Below are positions 1 to 13,860 of a stretch of DNA of 64,000 nt, one piece after another; the stretch's first letter is position 1, and every line of letters starts with the position of its first letter. The stretch is from the NCBI GenBank assembly GCA_026770705.1, contig JANJGN010000026.1:29698001-29762000 (forward strand). The letters are read 5' to 3'. Made by a program: the position numbers and the translations under genes. The notes below the pieces were generated by a model that had not been told where the DNA came from, searched no databases, and worked only from the letters and a program-made list of their open reading frames with translations. The stretch comes from Isurus oxyrinchus. Taxonomy: Eukaryota.

Positions 1-692
1 CAAAAACAGTTACCTGGAAAAACTCAGCAGTTCCGGCAGCATCAGCGGAGAAGAAAAGAGTTGACGTTTCGAGTCCTCATGACCCTTCAACAGAACTTGA
101 GTTCGAGTCCAAGAAAGAGTTGAAATATAAGCTGGTTTAAGGTGTGTGTGTGGGGGGCGGAGAGATAGAGAGAGAGAGAGAGAGAGAGGTTGGGGTTGGG
201 GGTTGGGGGATGTGGTTGTGTGGACAAACAAGCAGTGATAGAAGCAGATCATCAAAAGATGTCAACGACAATGGTACAATAGAACACATAGGTGTTAAAG
301 TTAAAGTTGGTGATATTATCTAAACGAATGTGCTAATTAAGAATGGATGGTAGGGCACTCAAGGTATAGCTCTAGTGGGGTTTTTTTATATAATGGAAAT
401 AGGTGGGAAAAGGAAAATCTTTATAATTTATTGGAAAAAAAAGGAAGGGGGAAACAGAAAGGGGGTGGGGATGGGGGAGGGAGCTCACGACCTAAAGTTG
501 TTGAATTCAATATTCAGTCCAGAAGGCTGTAAGGTGCCTAGTCAGAAGATGAGGTGTTGTTCCTCCAGTTTGCGTTGGGCTTCACTGGAACAATGCAGCA
601 AGCCAAGGACAGACATGTGGGCAAGAGAGCAGGGTGGAGTGTTAAAATGGCAAGCGACAGGGAGGTTTGGGTCATTCTTGTGGACAGACCGT
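1..692 (-). mobile_element. Penelope-like element (PLE) 3' fragment: terminal repeat with hammerhead motif plus C-terminal part of the GIY-YIG endonuclease
   Basis: Near-identical to the PLE at 8943-10341. The minus strand encodes the ...CHFNTPPCSLAHMSVLGLLHCSSEAQRKLEEQHLIF... segment. The terminal repeat (gaaaaactcagcag...gacgtttcgagtcctcatgacccttcaacagaac) is at 1-140. Confidence 0.8.
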
Positions 693-1228
693 CTCTATTA
701 ATAGAGTCCAGGATAGTAGATGCTGTATTAACTGCTCTCTCCACCTGTCCTGCCACTTTCAATGATCTGTGCACAAATATACCCAAGTCTTTCTGCTCCT
801 GCACTCCTTTCAAAATTGCACCCCTTATTTTATATTATCTATCGATGTTCTTTCAACCAAAATGCATCAACTCACACTTCACATTAAACTTCATCTGTCA
901 CCTATCTGCCCACTCCAACAACTTGTCTGTGTCCTTTTGAAGTTCCACGCCATTCTCCTTGCAGTTTACAACACTCCCAAGCTTCGTATCATCCTCAAAC
1001 TTTCGAATTGTCCCTTGCACACCAAGATCTAAATCATTAATATATATCAGGAAAAGCAAGGCTCCCAATAGCGACCCCTGGGGAACTCCACTACAAATGT
1101 TCCTCCAGCCCGAAAGACATTCATTGACCATTACTCCCTGCTTCCTTTTTTTCAGCCAATGTTATGCCCACGTTGCCTCTGTCTCTTTTATTCCATGAGC
1201 AATAACGTTTCTCACAAGTTGGTTGTCA
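693..1228 (-). mobile_element. CR1-type LINE reverse transcriptase fragment
   Basis: ORF 898-1131(-) reads SGVPQGSLLGALLFLIYINDLDLG...FEDDTKLG, i.e. the RT PQG and (Y/F)ADD motifs in degenerate form. Confidence 0.9.
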
Positions 1229-1336
1229 GGTGAATCCTAATAAAATACAAACAGAGACTTTGTGCAATGTGAAATTGTCACTTGCAGTATATATAGAGGC
1301 ACGGATATGTGCATTAATAAATGAAGCATCATATAA

Positions 1337-1500
1337 GACCCCCCTACCCCCACACCTTAAACCAGCTTATATTTCACCCCTCTCCTATTTTTACTTAGTT
1401 CTGTTGAAGGGTCATGAGGACTCGAAATGTCAACTTTGTTCTTTTCTGCCGATGCTGCCAGACCTGCTGAGTTTTTCCAGGTATTTCTGTTTTTGTTTTA
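1337..1500 (+). mobile_element. PLE terminal repeat (opposite orientation to 1-140) with hammerhead-like motif
   Basis: Reverse complement of the repeat at 1-140; agtt-ctgttga-agggtcatgaggactc-gaaa-tgtc-aact at 1397-1435. Confidence 0.8.
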
Positions 1501-1976
1501 GTGCTAATTGGTACTAGGTCTAATATTATAAACAGCAGCAGGGTCAGGTGTAGTGATAACTGGGAAAGGACCAATTGCAACACAAATAGAGATATGGAGG
1601 ACTGCTGTAATAAATAAGGTAGGGCCCATTGTACTATTAACAATGACGGTCTCTAGTGCAACAGTAACTTAAGCAAAGTGTAGCCTAGCATTTACAGTTA
1701 CAAATGAGGGTGTGAAATACATTGAACCAGGGATGTATAGGAATTATTAAAACAGGGCCTTTATTGACATAAACTGAGGTAGTGCAGTGATTACTGAAAC
1801 AGGGCATGGTTTATTATCAACTGAGAAGGTCCTAGTACAATGATAACTGATACAGGGCTTTGATTGATATAAACTGAGACAGGGCCCAGTGAAGTGATTA
1901 CTTTTACAGAGCCGAGATTAATATCAACTGCGCAGGGACCAATGCAATGATTACTGATACAGGGTCTAGATTTATG

Positions 1977-3275
1977 TAAAAGCAGAAAATGCTGGAAAAA
2001 CACAACTAAATTCATTCAGCTCCTTTGCCTGCTTCGTACCTGTTCTGATGAGGCCACTCTTCAAAACGATGATTCTGACATGCCTTCCTTCTTCCTTAAA
2101 CAAGGTTCCCCACCCTCTGTGGTTGGCAGGGCCCTCAACTGTGTCTGACCCATCTCCCATGTCTCTGCTTTCACACATTCCTCTCTCACACAGAATCATG
2201 ATTGGATCCCACTTGTCCTCTCATTTCACCTCACCAGCCTCCGCATTCAAAGGATCATCCTCTGCCATTTCTGCTAACTCCAGCATGGTGCCACCATCAA
2301 GCATATCGTCCCCTCACCACCACACCCCTCACCACCACACCCCAACCCCTGTAGGGGTCATTCCCTCTGGGACAGTCTGGTCCAGGCCTCCAACACCCCC
2401 AGCACCTCATCCCCTTCCCATGGCATCTTCCCAAGCAATATAAGATGCAACATTTGCCCATTTACCTCCTCCCTCTTCACTATCCAAGGGCCCAAATATT
2501 CCTTGCAAATGAAGAACCAATTCATTGTACCTCCTTCAATTTGGCCTCCTGCATTTGCTACTCCCAATGCGTTCTCCACTTCATCGGGGAGACCATATGC
2601 AGACTGGCAGATGGCTTTGTGGAATACCTTCGGTCTGTCTGCAAGTATGACCTAGACCTTCCTGTCGCTTGCAATTTCAACACACCATCCTGCTCTCGTA
2701 CCCACATGTTCCTCTTTGACCTGCTGCAATGTTCCAGTGAAGCCCAAAGCAAACTGGAGGAACAACACCTCATCTTCTGATTATGCACTTTACAGCCTTA
2801 CTCATTTATTCATCCTTTTATCCCTTTTTTATCCTCATTTCTATTCCTTTTTGTACCATTTTTCCCCAACCACCGCCTCGTCCCCTTACCACACCCCTAA
2901 AAGTGTCATCATTACTTGTTCCCTCTTGTTATTTCTCAGTGTGCTGATTCTGGTTCTGCTATTAACACATTCTGATTTCTTACCTTTCTGATTCTATCAG
3001 CATCTTCTTTAGCCTTACCACTACCATTGACACTCCCTTTTTCTTTTCTCCATGATATTTATCAGTCTCACCATACCCCCACCTATTGGTTGCCTTCTAT
3101 CCAGACTCACCTGCTCTACCGCGCTTAAACAACAAATGTCATCGCACTTTGAATTCTATTTCGCTCTGAAGAAGAGTCATACGGTCTCAAAAATTTAGTT
3201 CTGCTTCTCTCACCACAGGTACTGTCAGACCTGGTGAGATTTTCTAGCATTTCTTGCTTTTCTTTCAGATTTCCA
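1977..3275 (+). mobile_element. Older, degraded Penelope-like element (GIY-YIG region plus terminal repeat)
   Basis: ORF 2445-2780 reads ...CICYSQCVLHFIGETICRLADGFVEYLRSVCKYDLDLPVACNFN...EAQSKLEEQHLIF. A ctgaaga-agagtc motif lies at 3166-3192. Confidence 0.8.
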
Positions 3276-6200
3276 GTGACTGCTGATACAGGGGTCTAGA
3301 CTGAAACAAACTGAGGCAGGGCATAGTGCAGGGATGACTGATACAGGGCCGAGATTAATCTAAATTGAGACAGGGCCAAGTGCAGTGAGTGCTGCAGGTC
3401 TAGTTGAATTTAAGCTGAGACACAGCCTAGTGCATTCATGACAGACTCAGGACCTACATTAATATAAACTGTGACAGGGCATGGTGCTGTGATTATTGAT
3501 ACAGGTTCAAGATCAGTATAACCTGAGACAGTGCCCTTTGCAGTGATTACTGATACAGGGTATAGCTCAATGTAACTGACACATGGTCTAATTCAGTGTT
3601 TACTGATGCATGGTCTCAATCAATATAAACTCAGGCAATGCCCAGTGCATTGATTACTGATTCAGGGCCGAGATATATATAAAATGAGACCGCGTCTAGT
3701 GCAGTGATTATGGATACAGGGTCCAGATCAATATAAACTGAGACAAGGTCTAGCACAGTCATTACTGATACAGGGTCTAGATTAATATAAACTGAGACAG
3801 GGCCTAGAACAGTGATTAGTGAAAGATGGTCTGGACTAATATAAACTGAGGCAAGCCAGAGTGCAATGATGACTGATACAGGATCTAGATTAATATAGAG
3901 TGAGACAGGATCTAATGCTGTGTTTACTGATACATGGTCTCAATCACTATAAACTCAGACAATGTCCAGCACAGTGATTACTGATACAAAGCTGAGATAA
4001 ATAGAAACTGAGACAAGGTCTACTGCCATGATTACTGACACAGAGCCTAGATTAATATAAACAGAGAGAGGCTCATTTGCGGTGATTACTGATTTAGGGT
4101 TGAAATTGATATAAAATGAAGCAGGGTCTAGTGCAGGGATTATTGATATAGGGTCTAAATTGATATAAAATTGTGCAGTGATTCCTGATAAAGGGTCGAA
4201 ATTAATATGAACATGAGGCAGGGCCAAGTGCAGTGATTATTGTTACAGGGTCTAGATGGATATAAACTGAGACAGGGCCTAGTGCCGTGACTTGTGATGC
4301 AGGGTTGGATTGATATTAACTGAGACAGGGTCTTGTGCAGTGAATACTGACACAGGCTCTAGATTAATAGAACCTGAGAGAGGGCCATTGCCATGATTAG
4401 TGATGCAGGTTTGAGGTTAATATGAACTTAGAGGGGGCCTAGTGCAGTGATTACTGATAGAGGGGCTAGATTGATATAAATTGTGGCAGGGCATAATGCA
4501 GTGATTATTGATACTGGCTTTAGATTAATATAAACTGAGAAACAGTCCAGTGCCATGCTTTTTGGTTCAGGGTGCAAATTGTTAAAACCAGAACAGGGTT
4601 GAGTGCAGTGATTACTGAAACAGCTTCTGAACCAACATACACTGAGACATGCCCTGGTGAAACGTTCACTGATACAGGGCCTAGATAAATATAACTGGGA
4701 CAGAAGCTCTTGCAGTGATTACTGTTGCAGGGACTAAATTAGCATAAACTCAGACTGGAACTAGTGCAGTGATTACTGATTGAGGGGCTAAGCTAATATA
4801 AAGTGGGACAGAGTCTAGTGCAGAGATAACTGATATGGGGCCAAGATCAATGTAAACTGAGACAGGGTCAAGAGCAATGATTACTGATACAGGTTTAGAT
4901 CAATATCAATTGAGACAGCATCAACTGCATTGATTACTGATACAGGGTCTTGATTAATATAAATTGAGACAGTGTCCAGTGTAGTGATGACTGACATGGG
5001 ATCTTGATTGATAAAAACTGCGACAGAGCCTGGTGCAGTAATTACTGATGCAGGCTCTAAATCAATACAAACTAAGGCAGAGTCTAGTGCAGTAATTACT
5101 GATAGAGGGCCTAATTCATATCAACTGAGGCAGGGCAAAGTGTGGTGATTACTGATACAGTGCCGAGATTGATAAATGCTGAGGCAGGGCAAAATATAAC
5201 ATTAGCTGATACTGAAAAAGGTCTAGATCAATGTCAACTTCGACAGTGCCTAGTGCAGTGACTACTGACACAGGATCTAGATGAATATAAACTGTGACAG
5301 GGTCTAGTGCATTGATTACTGGTAGAGGGCCTATGTTGATATAAAGTGAGGCAGGGCCTAGTGCAGTGATTACTGATACAGGGTCTAGATTAATATGAAC
5401 TAGGACAGGGGCTAGTGCAGTAATTAGTGATACAGGGTCTAGAATAATAAAACTTGATGCAGGGCCAAGTCCAGTGAGTACTGTTACGGAGTCTAGGTTG
5501 ATGTAAACTGAGACAGGGCCAAGTACAGTGATTACTGATATAGGGTTTAGATTAATAGAAACAGATACAGGATCTAGTGCAGTGATTACTGACAAAGGGT
5601 CCTGATTAATATAAACTGACACAAGGCCAGGTGCAGTGATTACTGTTACAGGGTCTCGGTTGAAATCAACTAAGACAGGGTCTAGTGCAATGATTACTCA
5701 TAAAGGGCCTAGATTAATATGAAATGAGACAGGTCATAGTGCAGTGATGACTGATATAGGGTCTAGGCTAATATAAACTGGTATAGGGCCAAGTGCAGTG
5801 ATTACTGATACAGGGTCTAGATCAATGTAAACTGAGAGAGCGTCTAGCCCAGTGGTTACTGATACAGGGTCTGGATGAATATAAACTGAGGCAGGGCCAA
5901 GTGTAGTGATTACTTATTCAGGGTCTACCTGGCATAGGGGCTCATGCAGTTATTACTAACACAGGGTCCTGATTAATATAAACTGATGCAGGGCCGAGTG
6001 CAGTGATTACTGTTATGGGGTCTCGATTGATATAAACTAAGACAGGGTCTATTGCAGTGATTATTCATAAAGGGCCTAGATTAATATGAAATGAGACAGG
6101 TCATAATGTAGTGATGACTGATACAGGGTCTAGGCTAATATAAACTGGGATAGGGCCAAGTGCAGTGATTACTGATACAGGGTCTAGATCAATGTAAACT

Positions 6201-8942
6201 GGGATAGGGGCTAATGCAGTGATTACTGATACACGGTCTGGGCTCCTATAAACTGAGGCATTCCCTAGTTCTGTCATTATTGATACAGGGTGTGGGCTAA
6301 TATAAATGGAGACAGGGTCTCGTGAAGTGATTACACATAAAGGGCCTGGATTAATATGAAATGAGACAGGTCATAGCGCAATGGTTACTGATACAGGGTC
6401 TAGGGTAATATAAACTGAGATAGGATCTAGTGCAGTGATTACTGATGAAGGGTCTAGATCAATATAAACTGAGAGAGAGTCTAGTGCAGTGGTTACTGAT
6501 ACAGGGTCTAGATTGATATAAAATGAGGCAGGCCATCATGCAGTGTCTACTGATATAGGGCCTAGATAAATAAAAACTAGTGCTTACAGATACAGGGTCT
6601 AGATCAATACAAAGTCAGGGTGTCCATTGCACTGATTATTATTCAGAGTCTAGATTAATATAAACTGAGATAGGGTCAAGTGCAGTGATTCCTGATGCAG
6701 GGTCTGAATCAATATAAACTGAGACAGGTCCAAATGCAGTGATTACTGTTACAGGGTCTCGGTTGATATTCAGTGATGCAGGGCATAATGCAGTGAATAC
6801 TGATACAGGGTCTAGCAAAATATAATCTGAGACAGGCTCTAGTGCAGTGATTACTGTTACAGGGTCCACATTAATATAAACTGAGACAGTGTCCAGTGTA
6901 GTCATTACTAATAAAGGGTCTAGATTGATAGAAAATGAGCCAGGGTCGAGTGCAGTGTTTACTGAGCATGATCTTGATCAATATAAACTCAGATAACGTC
7001 CAGTGCAGTGTTTACTGATACAGTGCTGAGATAAATATAAACTGAGACTGGGCCTACTGCAGTGATTACTGATACAGGGTCCTGATTAATATAAGCTGAC
7101 ACAGGATCTAGTGCAGTGATTACTGATACAGTACCTGGACTAATATAAACTGAGACATCATCTAGTTCTGTCATTACTGATACAGGGTCTGGACTAATAT
7201 AAACTGAGACTGTGTCCAATGCATTGATTACTGATACGGGACATGGATTGATATGAACTGAGTGCAGATATTACTGATACAGGGCCTAGATAAATATAAA
7301 CTGTATCAGTGATAACTGATACAGGGTCTAGATACATGTTAACTGAGATAGGGCCAAGTGTAGTGATTACTGATACAGGGCCTAGTTTAATATAAACTGA
7401 GACAGGGCCTGGTGCAGTGTTCACTGATACAGGGCCTAGATAAATAAAAATGAGGACAGCAGATATTGCAGTGATTACTGACACAGGGCCCAGATCAATA
7501 CAAAGTGAGAGTACCTGTTGCACTTATTATTATACATGGTCTAGATTAATATAAACTGAAATAGGGTCTAGTGCAGTGATTTCTGATGCAGGGCCAGTAT
7601 CAATATAAACTGAGAAAGTGTTCAGTGCAGTGATTGCTGATAAAGGGTCTAGATTAATATAAACTGAGACAGGGCCAAATATCAGTGATTACTGTTACAG
7701 GGTCTAGGTTGACACGAAGTGGGGCAGGGGATAGTGCAGAGGTAACTGATACAGGGTCTAGAACAATATAAACTGAGACTGGGTCTAGTGCACTAATTAA
7801 TGTTACAGGGTCCTAATTCATATATACTGAGTCAGGGCACACTGCAGTGACTACTGATATAGGCACCAGATTAAGATGAACTGAGGCAGGGCCTTCTGCA
7901 GTGATTAGTAATACAAGGTTGGGTTTATATAAAATCAGACAGGCTATCATTACTGATACAGAGTCTGGATCGATATAAAAGTGTCCAGTACAGTGATTCC
8001 TGTTACAGGGTCTAGCTAATATCAACTGATACAGAGCCTAATGCAGTGATTACTGATACAGAGACTAGACTGATAAAAACTGAGGCAGGGCATAATGCAG
8101 AGATTAATGATACAGGGTCAAAATTAACATAAACTGACACAGAGTCCAGTGCAGTGATAACTAATGCAGGGCGGAAATAAATATAAACTAGGACAGAGGC
8201 TAGTGCAATGATTAATGATACAGGATCCGGATCAATATATACTGAGATGGTGCCCAGTGCAGTCATTATTAATACAGGGTTTAGATTAATAGAAACTGAG
8301 GCAGGGTCGGGTGCTGTGTTTACTGATACATGCTGTTGATCAATTGAAACTCAGACAGTGTCCAATGCAGTGTTTACTGATACAGGGCTGAGAGAAAAAT
8401 AAACTGGGACAGAGCATAGTGCAGAGATAACTGACACGTGGTCTAGAAGAATATAAACTGAGACACGGCTTTATGCACTGATTACTGTTACAGGGTCCAG
8501 ATTGATATAAACTGAGACAGGGCCTAATGCAATGATTACTGATACAGGGTCTAGGTTAACTTAAACTCAGACAATGTCCAGTGCAACGTTTACTGATACA
8601 GGGCTGAGATAAATACAAACTGAGACTGGGCCTCCTGCAATGATTACTGATACAGGATCTAGATTAATATAAACTGAGACAGGGTCGAGTGCAGTGATTA
8701 CTGATACAGTATCTGTACTAATATAAACTGAGACAGTGTCCAATGCATTGATTACTGACACTTGATCTAGATTGATATGAACTGAGTGCAGATACTACTG
8801 ATACAGGGCCGAGATAAATATAAACTAGGACAGGAGTTATTGCAGCTATTACTGATACAGGGTCTAGATCAATATAAACTGAGACAGTGTCCATTGCAGT
8901 GATTACTGATGCAGTGTCTGAATCAATATAAACTGAGACAGT

Positions 8943-10341
8943 ACAAAAACAGAATTACTTGGAAAAACTCAGCAGGTCTGGCAGCATCGACGGAGAAGAA
9001 AAGAGTTGACGTTTTGAGTCATCATGACCCTTCAACAGAACTGAGTGAATATTAGGAGAGAGATGAAATATAAGCTCATTTAAGGTGGGGAAGGGGTGGG
9101 GGGATAGAAGTCGGAGGGGGGCTGATGTTGGTGTGGTTGTAGGGACAAGCAAGCAGTGATAGAAGCAGATGATCAAAATATGTCACAGACAAAAGAACAA
9201 AGAGGTGTTGAAGGTGGTGATATTATCTAAACAAATTTGCAAATTAAGAATGGATGGCAGGGCACTCAAGGTACAGCTCTAGTGGGGGTGAGGTTCAAAG
9301 ACTAGCAGGGCATTAAAAAGTTAAAAATAATGGAAATAGGTGGGAAAAGAAAAATCTATGTAAATTATTGGAAAAAACAAAAGGAAGGTGGAAGAAACAG
9401 AAAGTGGGTGGGGATGGAGGAGGGAGTTCAAGACCTAAAGTTGTTGAATTCAATATTCAGTCCGGAAGGCTGTAAAGTGCCTAGTCGGAAGATGAGGTGT
9501 TGTTCCTCCAGTTTGCGTTGGGCTTCACTGGAACAATGCAGCAAGCCAAGGACAGACATGTGGGCAAGAGAGCAGGGTGGAGTGTTAAAATGGCAAGCGA
9601 CAGGGAGGTTTGGGTCTTTCTTGCGGACAGACCGCAGGTGTTCTGCAAAGCGGTCGCCCAGTTTACGTTTGGTCTCTCCAATGTAGAGGATACCGCATTG
9701 GGAGGAACGAATGCAGTAGACTAAGTTGGGGGAAATGCAAGTGAAATGCTGCTTCACTTGAAAGGAGTGTTTGGGCCCTTGGACGGTGAGGAGAGAGGAA
9801 GAGAAGGGGCAGGTGTTGCATCTTTTGCGTGGGCATGGGGTGGTGCCATAGGTGGGGGCTGAGGAGTAGGGGGTGATGGAGGAGTGGACCAGGGTGTCCC
9901 GGAGGGAACAATCCCTACAGAATGCTGCCGGGGGGGGGGGGGGGGGGGGGGGGGGTGGGGGGCGGGGGGGGTGGGGGGGGTGGGGGGGGGGGGTGAAGGG
10001 AAGATGTGTTTGATGGTGGCATCATGCTGGAGTTGGCGGAAATGGCTGTGACATCTTTTGATTATCTGCTCCTATCACTGCTTGCTTGTCCCTACAACCA
10101 CACCACCACACCCCCCCCAACAACTTCTCTCCCCCCCCAACCCGCCCCCCCCCCAGCCCCACCTTAAACCAGCTTATATTTCACCCCTCTCCTAATATTC
10201 ACTCAGTTCTGTTTAAGTGTCATGAGGACTCGAAACGTCAACTCTTTTCTTCTCCGCCATTGCTGCCAGACGTGCTGAGTTTTTCCAGATAATTCTGTTT
10301 TGGTTTTGGATTTCTAGCATCCGCAGTTTTTTTGTTTTGAT
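8943..10341 (-). mobile_element. Penelope-like element, truncated, with inverted terminal repeat copies and a 12-bp target-site duplication
   Basis: ORF 9428-9757(-) reads LVYCIRSSQCGILYIGETKRKLGDRFAEHLRSVRKKDPNLPVACHFN (GIY-YIG endonuclease). The terminal repeat is at 8943-9080 and inverted at ~10160-10341. aactgagacagt flanks both ends (8931-8942, 10342-10353). Confidence 0.9.
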
Positions 10342-11759
10342 AACTGAGACAGTGTTCAGTGCAGTGATTACTGATACAGGCTCTAGGTAAATATTAACTG
10401 AGACAGGGACAGGTGCAGTGATTACAGTGACAGGGCCTAGTTTAATATAAACTGAGACAAGGCCTGGTGCAGTGTTCACTGATACAGGACATAGATAAAT
10501 ATAACTGGGACAGGGGCTGTTGCAGTGATTACTGCTGCAGGGACTAAATAAATACAAATTGAGACTTGGTCGAATGCAGAGATAACTGAGACAGGGCCAA
10601 GATCAATAAAAATTGAGGCAGGGTCTAGTGCAGAGATTACTGATACAGGGTCTAGCTTAATATAAACTGAGGCAGTTTCCAGAGCAGTGATTACTGACAC
10701 AGGCTCTAAATTAATATAAACTGAGACAGCGGCTAGTGCAGTGATTACTGATACAGGGACTAGATTAATATGAAGTAAGACGGGGTATCATGCTCGTATT
10801 ACTGATACAGGTACTATATTAACATAAATTGAGCCAGCATCTAATGCAGAGATTACTACTGCAGGGTCTAAATCAATATAAATTGAGACACTGCCCTGGA
10901 CATTGAATACTGATACATTGATTAATAGAAGCTGAGGCAGGAGCAAGTGTAATGATTACTGATACAGGCTCTAATTTGATATAAACTGAGGCAGAGCATG
11001 GTGTAGTGATTACTTATATAGGGTTGAGATAAGTATAAGCTGGGACAGAGTCAAGTGCGATGATTACTGATTCAGGGTATAGATTAATATAACTTGAGAT
11101 GGGCTCTACTGCTGTGATCACTGATTCCGGCTCTTGATTAATATAAACTAAGACAGGCTCTACTGCAGTGATTACTGTTTCAGGGTCTAAACTAATAGAA
11201 ACTGAGACAGGGTTTGTGTAGTGATTACTGGTAGAAGGTGAAGATTAATATAAACTCAGGCAGGGTCTAGTGCAGTGATTCAGCATCTAGATTACTAAAA
11301 ACTGAACTGGATCCTGCACAGTGTTTACTGAGACAGCGTCTGGATTTATATAATTTGAGGCAGGGTCTAGTGCAGAGAAGACAGATACAGGGTTGGATTA
11401 TTATAGACTGAAACAAGGTCTGGTGCAGTGATTACTGACATAGGGTCTAGATTAATACAAACTGAGACAGGGTCTACTGCAGTGATTACTGATACAGAAT
11501 CTAAATTAATATAAACTGAGACAGTGTCTAGTGCAGTGATTCCTGAATTCTGGTCTGGACGAATATAAACTGAGACAGGGCCAAGTGCAATAATTACTTC
11601 ATCATTGATGCCCATATCCCAAGAACAAAATAAAACGCTGCAAAATACTGCGGATTCTGGAAAACTAAAGCAAGACAAAAAAATAACACTCAGCAGGTCA
11701 GTGGGCATCAATAGAGAGAGAGAAAAAGATCAAACTTTCAGGTCGATGACAGATGCAAA

Positions 11760-12012
11760 ATCTCCCTTGGTACTACTCTGTAGAGCAGGACTGATCTTCC
11801 CACTATCCTTCACCAATATTCATTCTTCAACTAAAATTACATATTATCTAGTCAATTTTCACAGCTTCATTCATGGGATCTTGCTGTGCACAAATCACTG
11901 GATGGATTTCCAACATCACAGCAGTGACTAAACTTCAACAAAACTACGAGTTTTAAGGATTTTAGGGTTTCATGGGGTCGTAATCAACGTTCTTTCAATG
12001 CAAACTCTTTCT
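11760..12012 (+). mobile_element. Degenerate Deu-domain-type SINE fragment
   Basis: gggatcttgctgtgcacaaat...ttccaacatcacagcagtgactaaacttcaa resembles the DeuSINE core; it is the reverse-orientation counterpart of 51610-51880. Confidence 0.55.
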
Positions 12013-12899
12013 AAGTGTTAGCATTTTAAAATGCTAGTTGTGATATGTTGAAAACTGTGAGACTAATATGATTATAGGTCGCTCCTCTGGCTGCTGTTTT
12101 AAACTGTCCGGTTTAAATGGGTTAAGTCTTCCAATAAATTGACATTCAGTGGAATCCCAGCCTGTTCAAAGATTCTTCGTTGATTGTGATAGGACAATTT
12201 TCAGAACTGAATTATTAATTTAAATGTATTTTTAATTGTTTGAAATAAATAACATCTGTTCTAATGGATCTTGAAGAGGTTTCTATTAATTTTGTACCAA
12301 CTGTCAATATTCTTAAAATAAACCCTTATTTTGAGTTGGAACCAATCAATAAGTGTCTGTGTTTATCTGGTTTTGCTGCCATGAACACTTCATTGAAACC
12401 AGTGAGGCGTTTATGTAAATAAACACAGAAATAGAAGTCCCAGATTAGATTCTGGAGACACAAAAACACAGCAAATATTTCCCCATCAACAAAGCACAGA
12501 AATGCAGTCAAACATGCAAATACATCAACCAATTCCAGTAGCAATTGTTTTTTGGACATTTTTAAAATCAGTTATATGAGAATTATGTCACGATGATATC
12601 TATGTTGAGAATTAAGAAAGATTCCCACTTATCATAAAATATAATGACAAGGCAAATGTGTTTGTAGACATTTCCTATATCCTCTGTCTCTCTCTGTGTC
12701 TCTTTCTCCTCTCTGGTTCTGTGTCTTGTCTCTCCACCATGGGTCATTGTCTTCACTCCACAACATGAAGTCAATGTCTACCCAATGTATTCTCCCAGCA
12801 CGATTCAGACACTTCAAACTAAATGGATCTAATGAAATGGATTGGAATCCGTGGAGGGATCTTTACTCTAAATCAGTTTTGAGTCTTCAATGACCTGGG

Positions 12900-13860
12900 A
12901 GCGCTTGATGGGAAACTGCATATGAAAATTTACTCTGTGCCTAACCTGTGTTGTAGCCAGTAGCGAGGATTTGATGTGGCCGTGTCGAAGGATCTTTCCT
13001 TGTATCTAACCCGTGCTGTCCCTGCCTTTGGAGCATCTGATGGGGCAGTGAGGAGGGAACTTAATTTTGCACTTAACCTGCACTGTACCGGTCCTAGGAG
13101 TATTCGATACGACTGTGTAGAGGGAGATTTACTCTGTATCTAATCTGTGCTATACCTGACCTGGGAGTATTTGAAAGGGCAGTTTAGAGGGAGCTTTACT
13201 CTGCATCTAAACTATGCTGTATTTGACATGGCTGTGTTTGATGAGACAGTATAGACGGAAATTTGCCCCATATCTAAGCCCTGGGAATGCCTGATGTGAC
13301 GGTGCATAGGCAGCTTTCCTCTTTACCTGCCCCCAGTGTCGAGCTGCCTGGGAAATGTCTGATGGAACAGTGCAGAGGAAACTTTTCACTGCTTAGTACC
13401 CGTACCCTACACACCTTGACTGTGTTTGAGCGGACAATGTAGAGGAAGTTTTACCCTGTATCTAAACTATGCTGTACCTGTCCTAGGAATGTTTGATGGC
13501 GACAGTGTAGAGGGAATTTCACTCTGAATCTAACCCGTGCTATACCTGCCTTGGAGGTTTTTCATGTGACGACATAGAGGGAGCTTTACATCATTAATCT
13601 TGCCCCATGCTACACCTGCGGCTGTTTGATGGAGCTGTGGGCCTTGTCTCTGTATTACACTAGGCCATGTCTCACCGTATCTAAACAGTCCTGTACCTGC
13701 CCTGGGAATGTTTCATGGTGAGAGTTTCGAAGGAGTTTCACTCATTTTGACACGTGCTGTACCTTCCCTGGGAGTGTTCAATATGGCAATGTAGAGGGAA
13801 CTTTGAATTTTGTGCCTGGCCCCATGCTGCACCTATCCTGGGAGTGCTTGATGGGACAGT
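12900..13860. repeat. ~67-bp tandem repeat array (gtgtagagggagctttactctgtatctaacccgtgctgtacctgccctgggagtgtttgatgggaca)
   Basis: About a dozen diverged tandem copies. Dispersed single copies also occur near 28115, 28850, 38960 (reverse) and 43545 (reverse). Confidence 0.85.

Larger units (their letters stand above)
1515..11600. repeat. 54-bp satellite array (dimer of two 27-bp subunits), interrupted by PLE insertions
   Basis: Consensus agtgcagtgattactgatacagggtct + agattaatataaactgagacagggtct repeated throughout 3275-8942 and 10342-11600, degenerate at 1515-1975. It explains the spurious 'LDPVSVITA/LDPVSVYIN' minus-strand ORFs. Confidence 0.95.

Noticed and set aside
1-1500. Single chimeric PLE-CR1 element bracketed by inverted PLE ends
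   Set aside because: The left flank is outside the window so no TSD can be tested, and satellite-like sequence separates the CR1 from the right repeat. Independent insertions explain it equally well.
9929-9993. Long poly-G run as a functional G-quadruplex
   Set aside because: It lies inside a PLE copy. Homopolymer expansion or a sequencing artefact is more likely.
3955-11711. Repetitive 'LDPVSVITA/LDPVSVYIN' ORFs as a repeat protein, or the array as CRISPR
   Set aside because: These are translations of the 54-bp satellite with frequent stops and frameshifts. There are no unique spacers or cas genes, and the context is vertebrate.
12514-12521. ATGCAAAT octamer (another at 16893-16900)
   Set aside because: These lie 6-10 kb from the VH leader, one is inside a SINE, and no V exon follows either.
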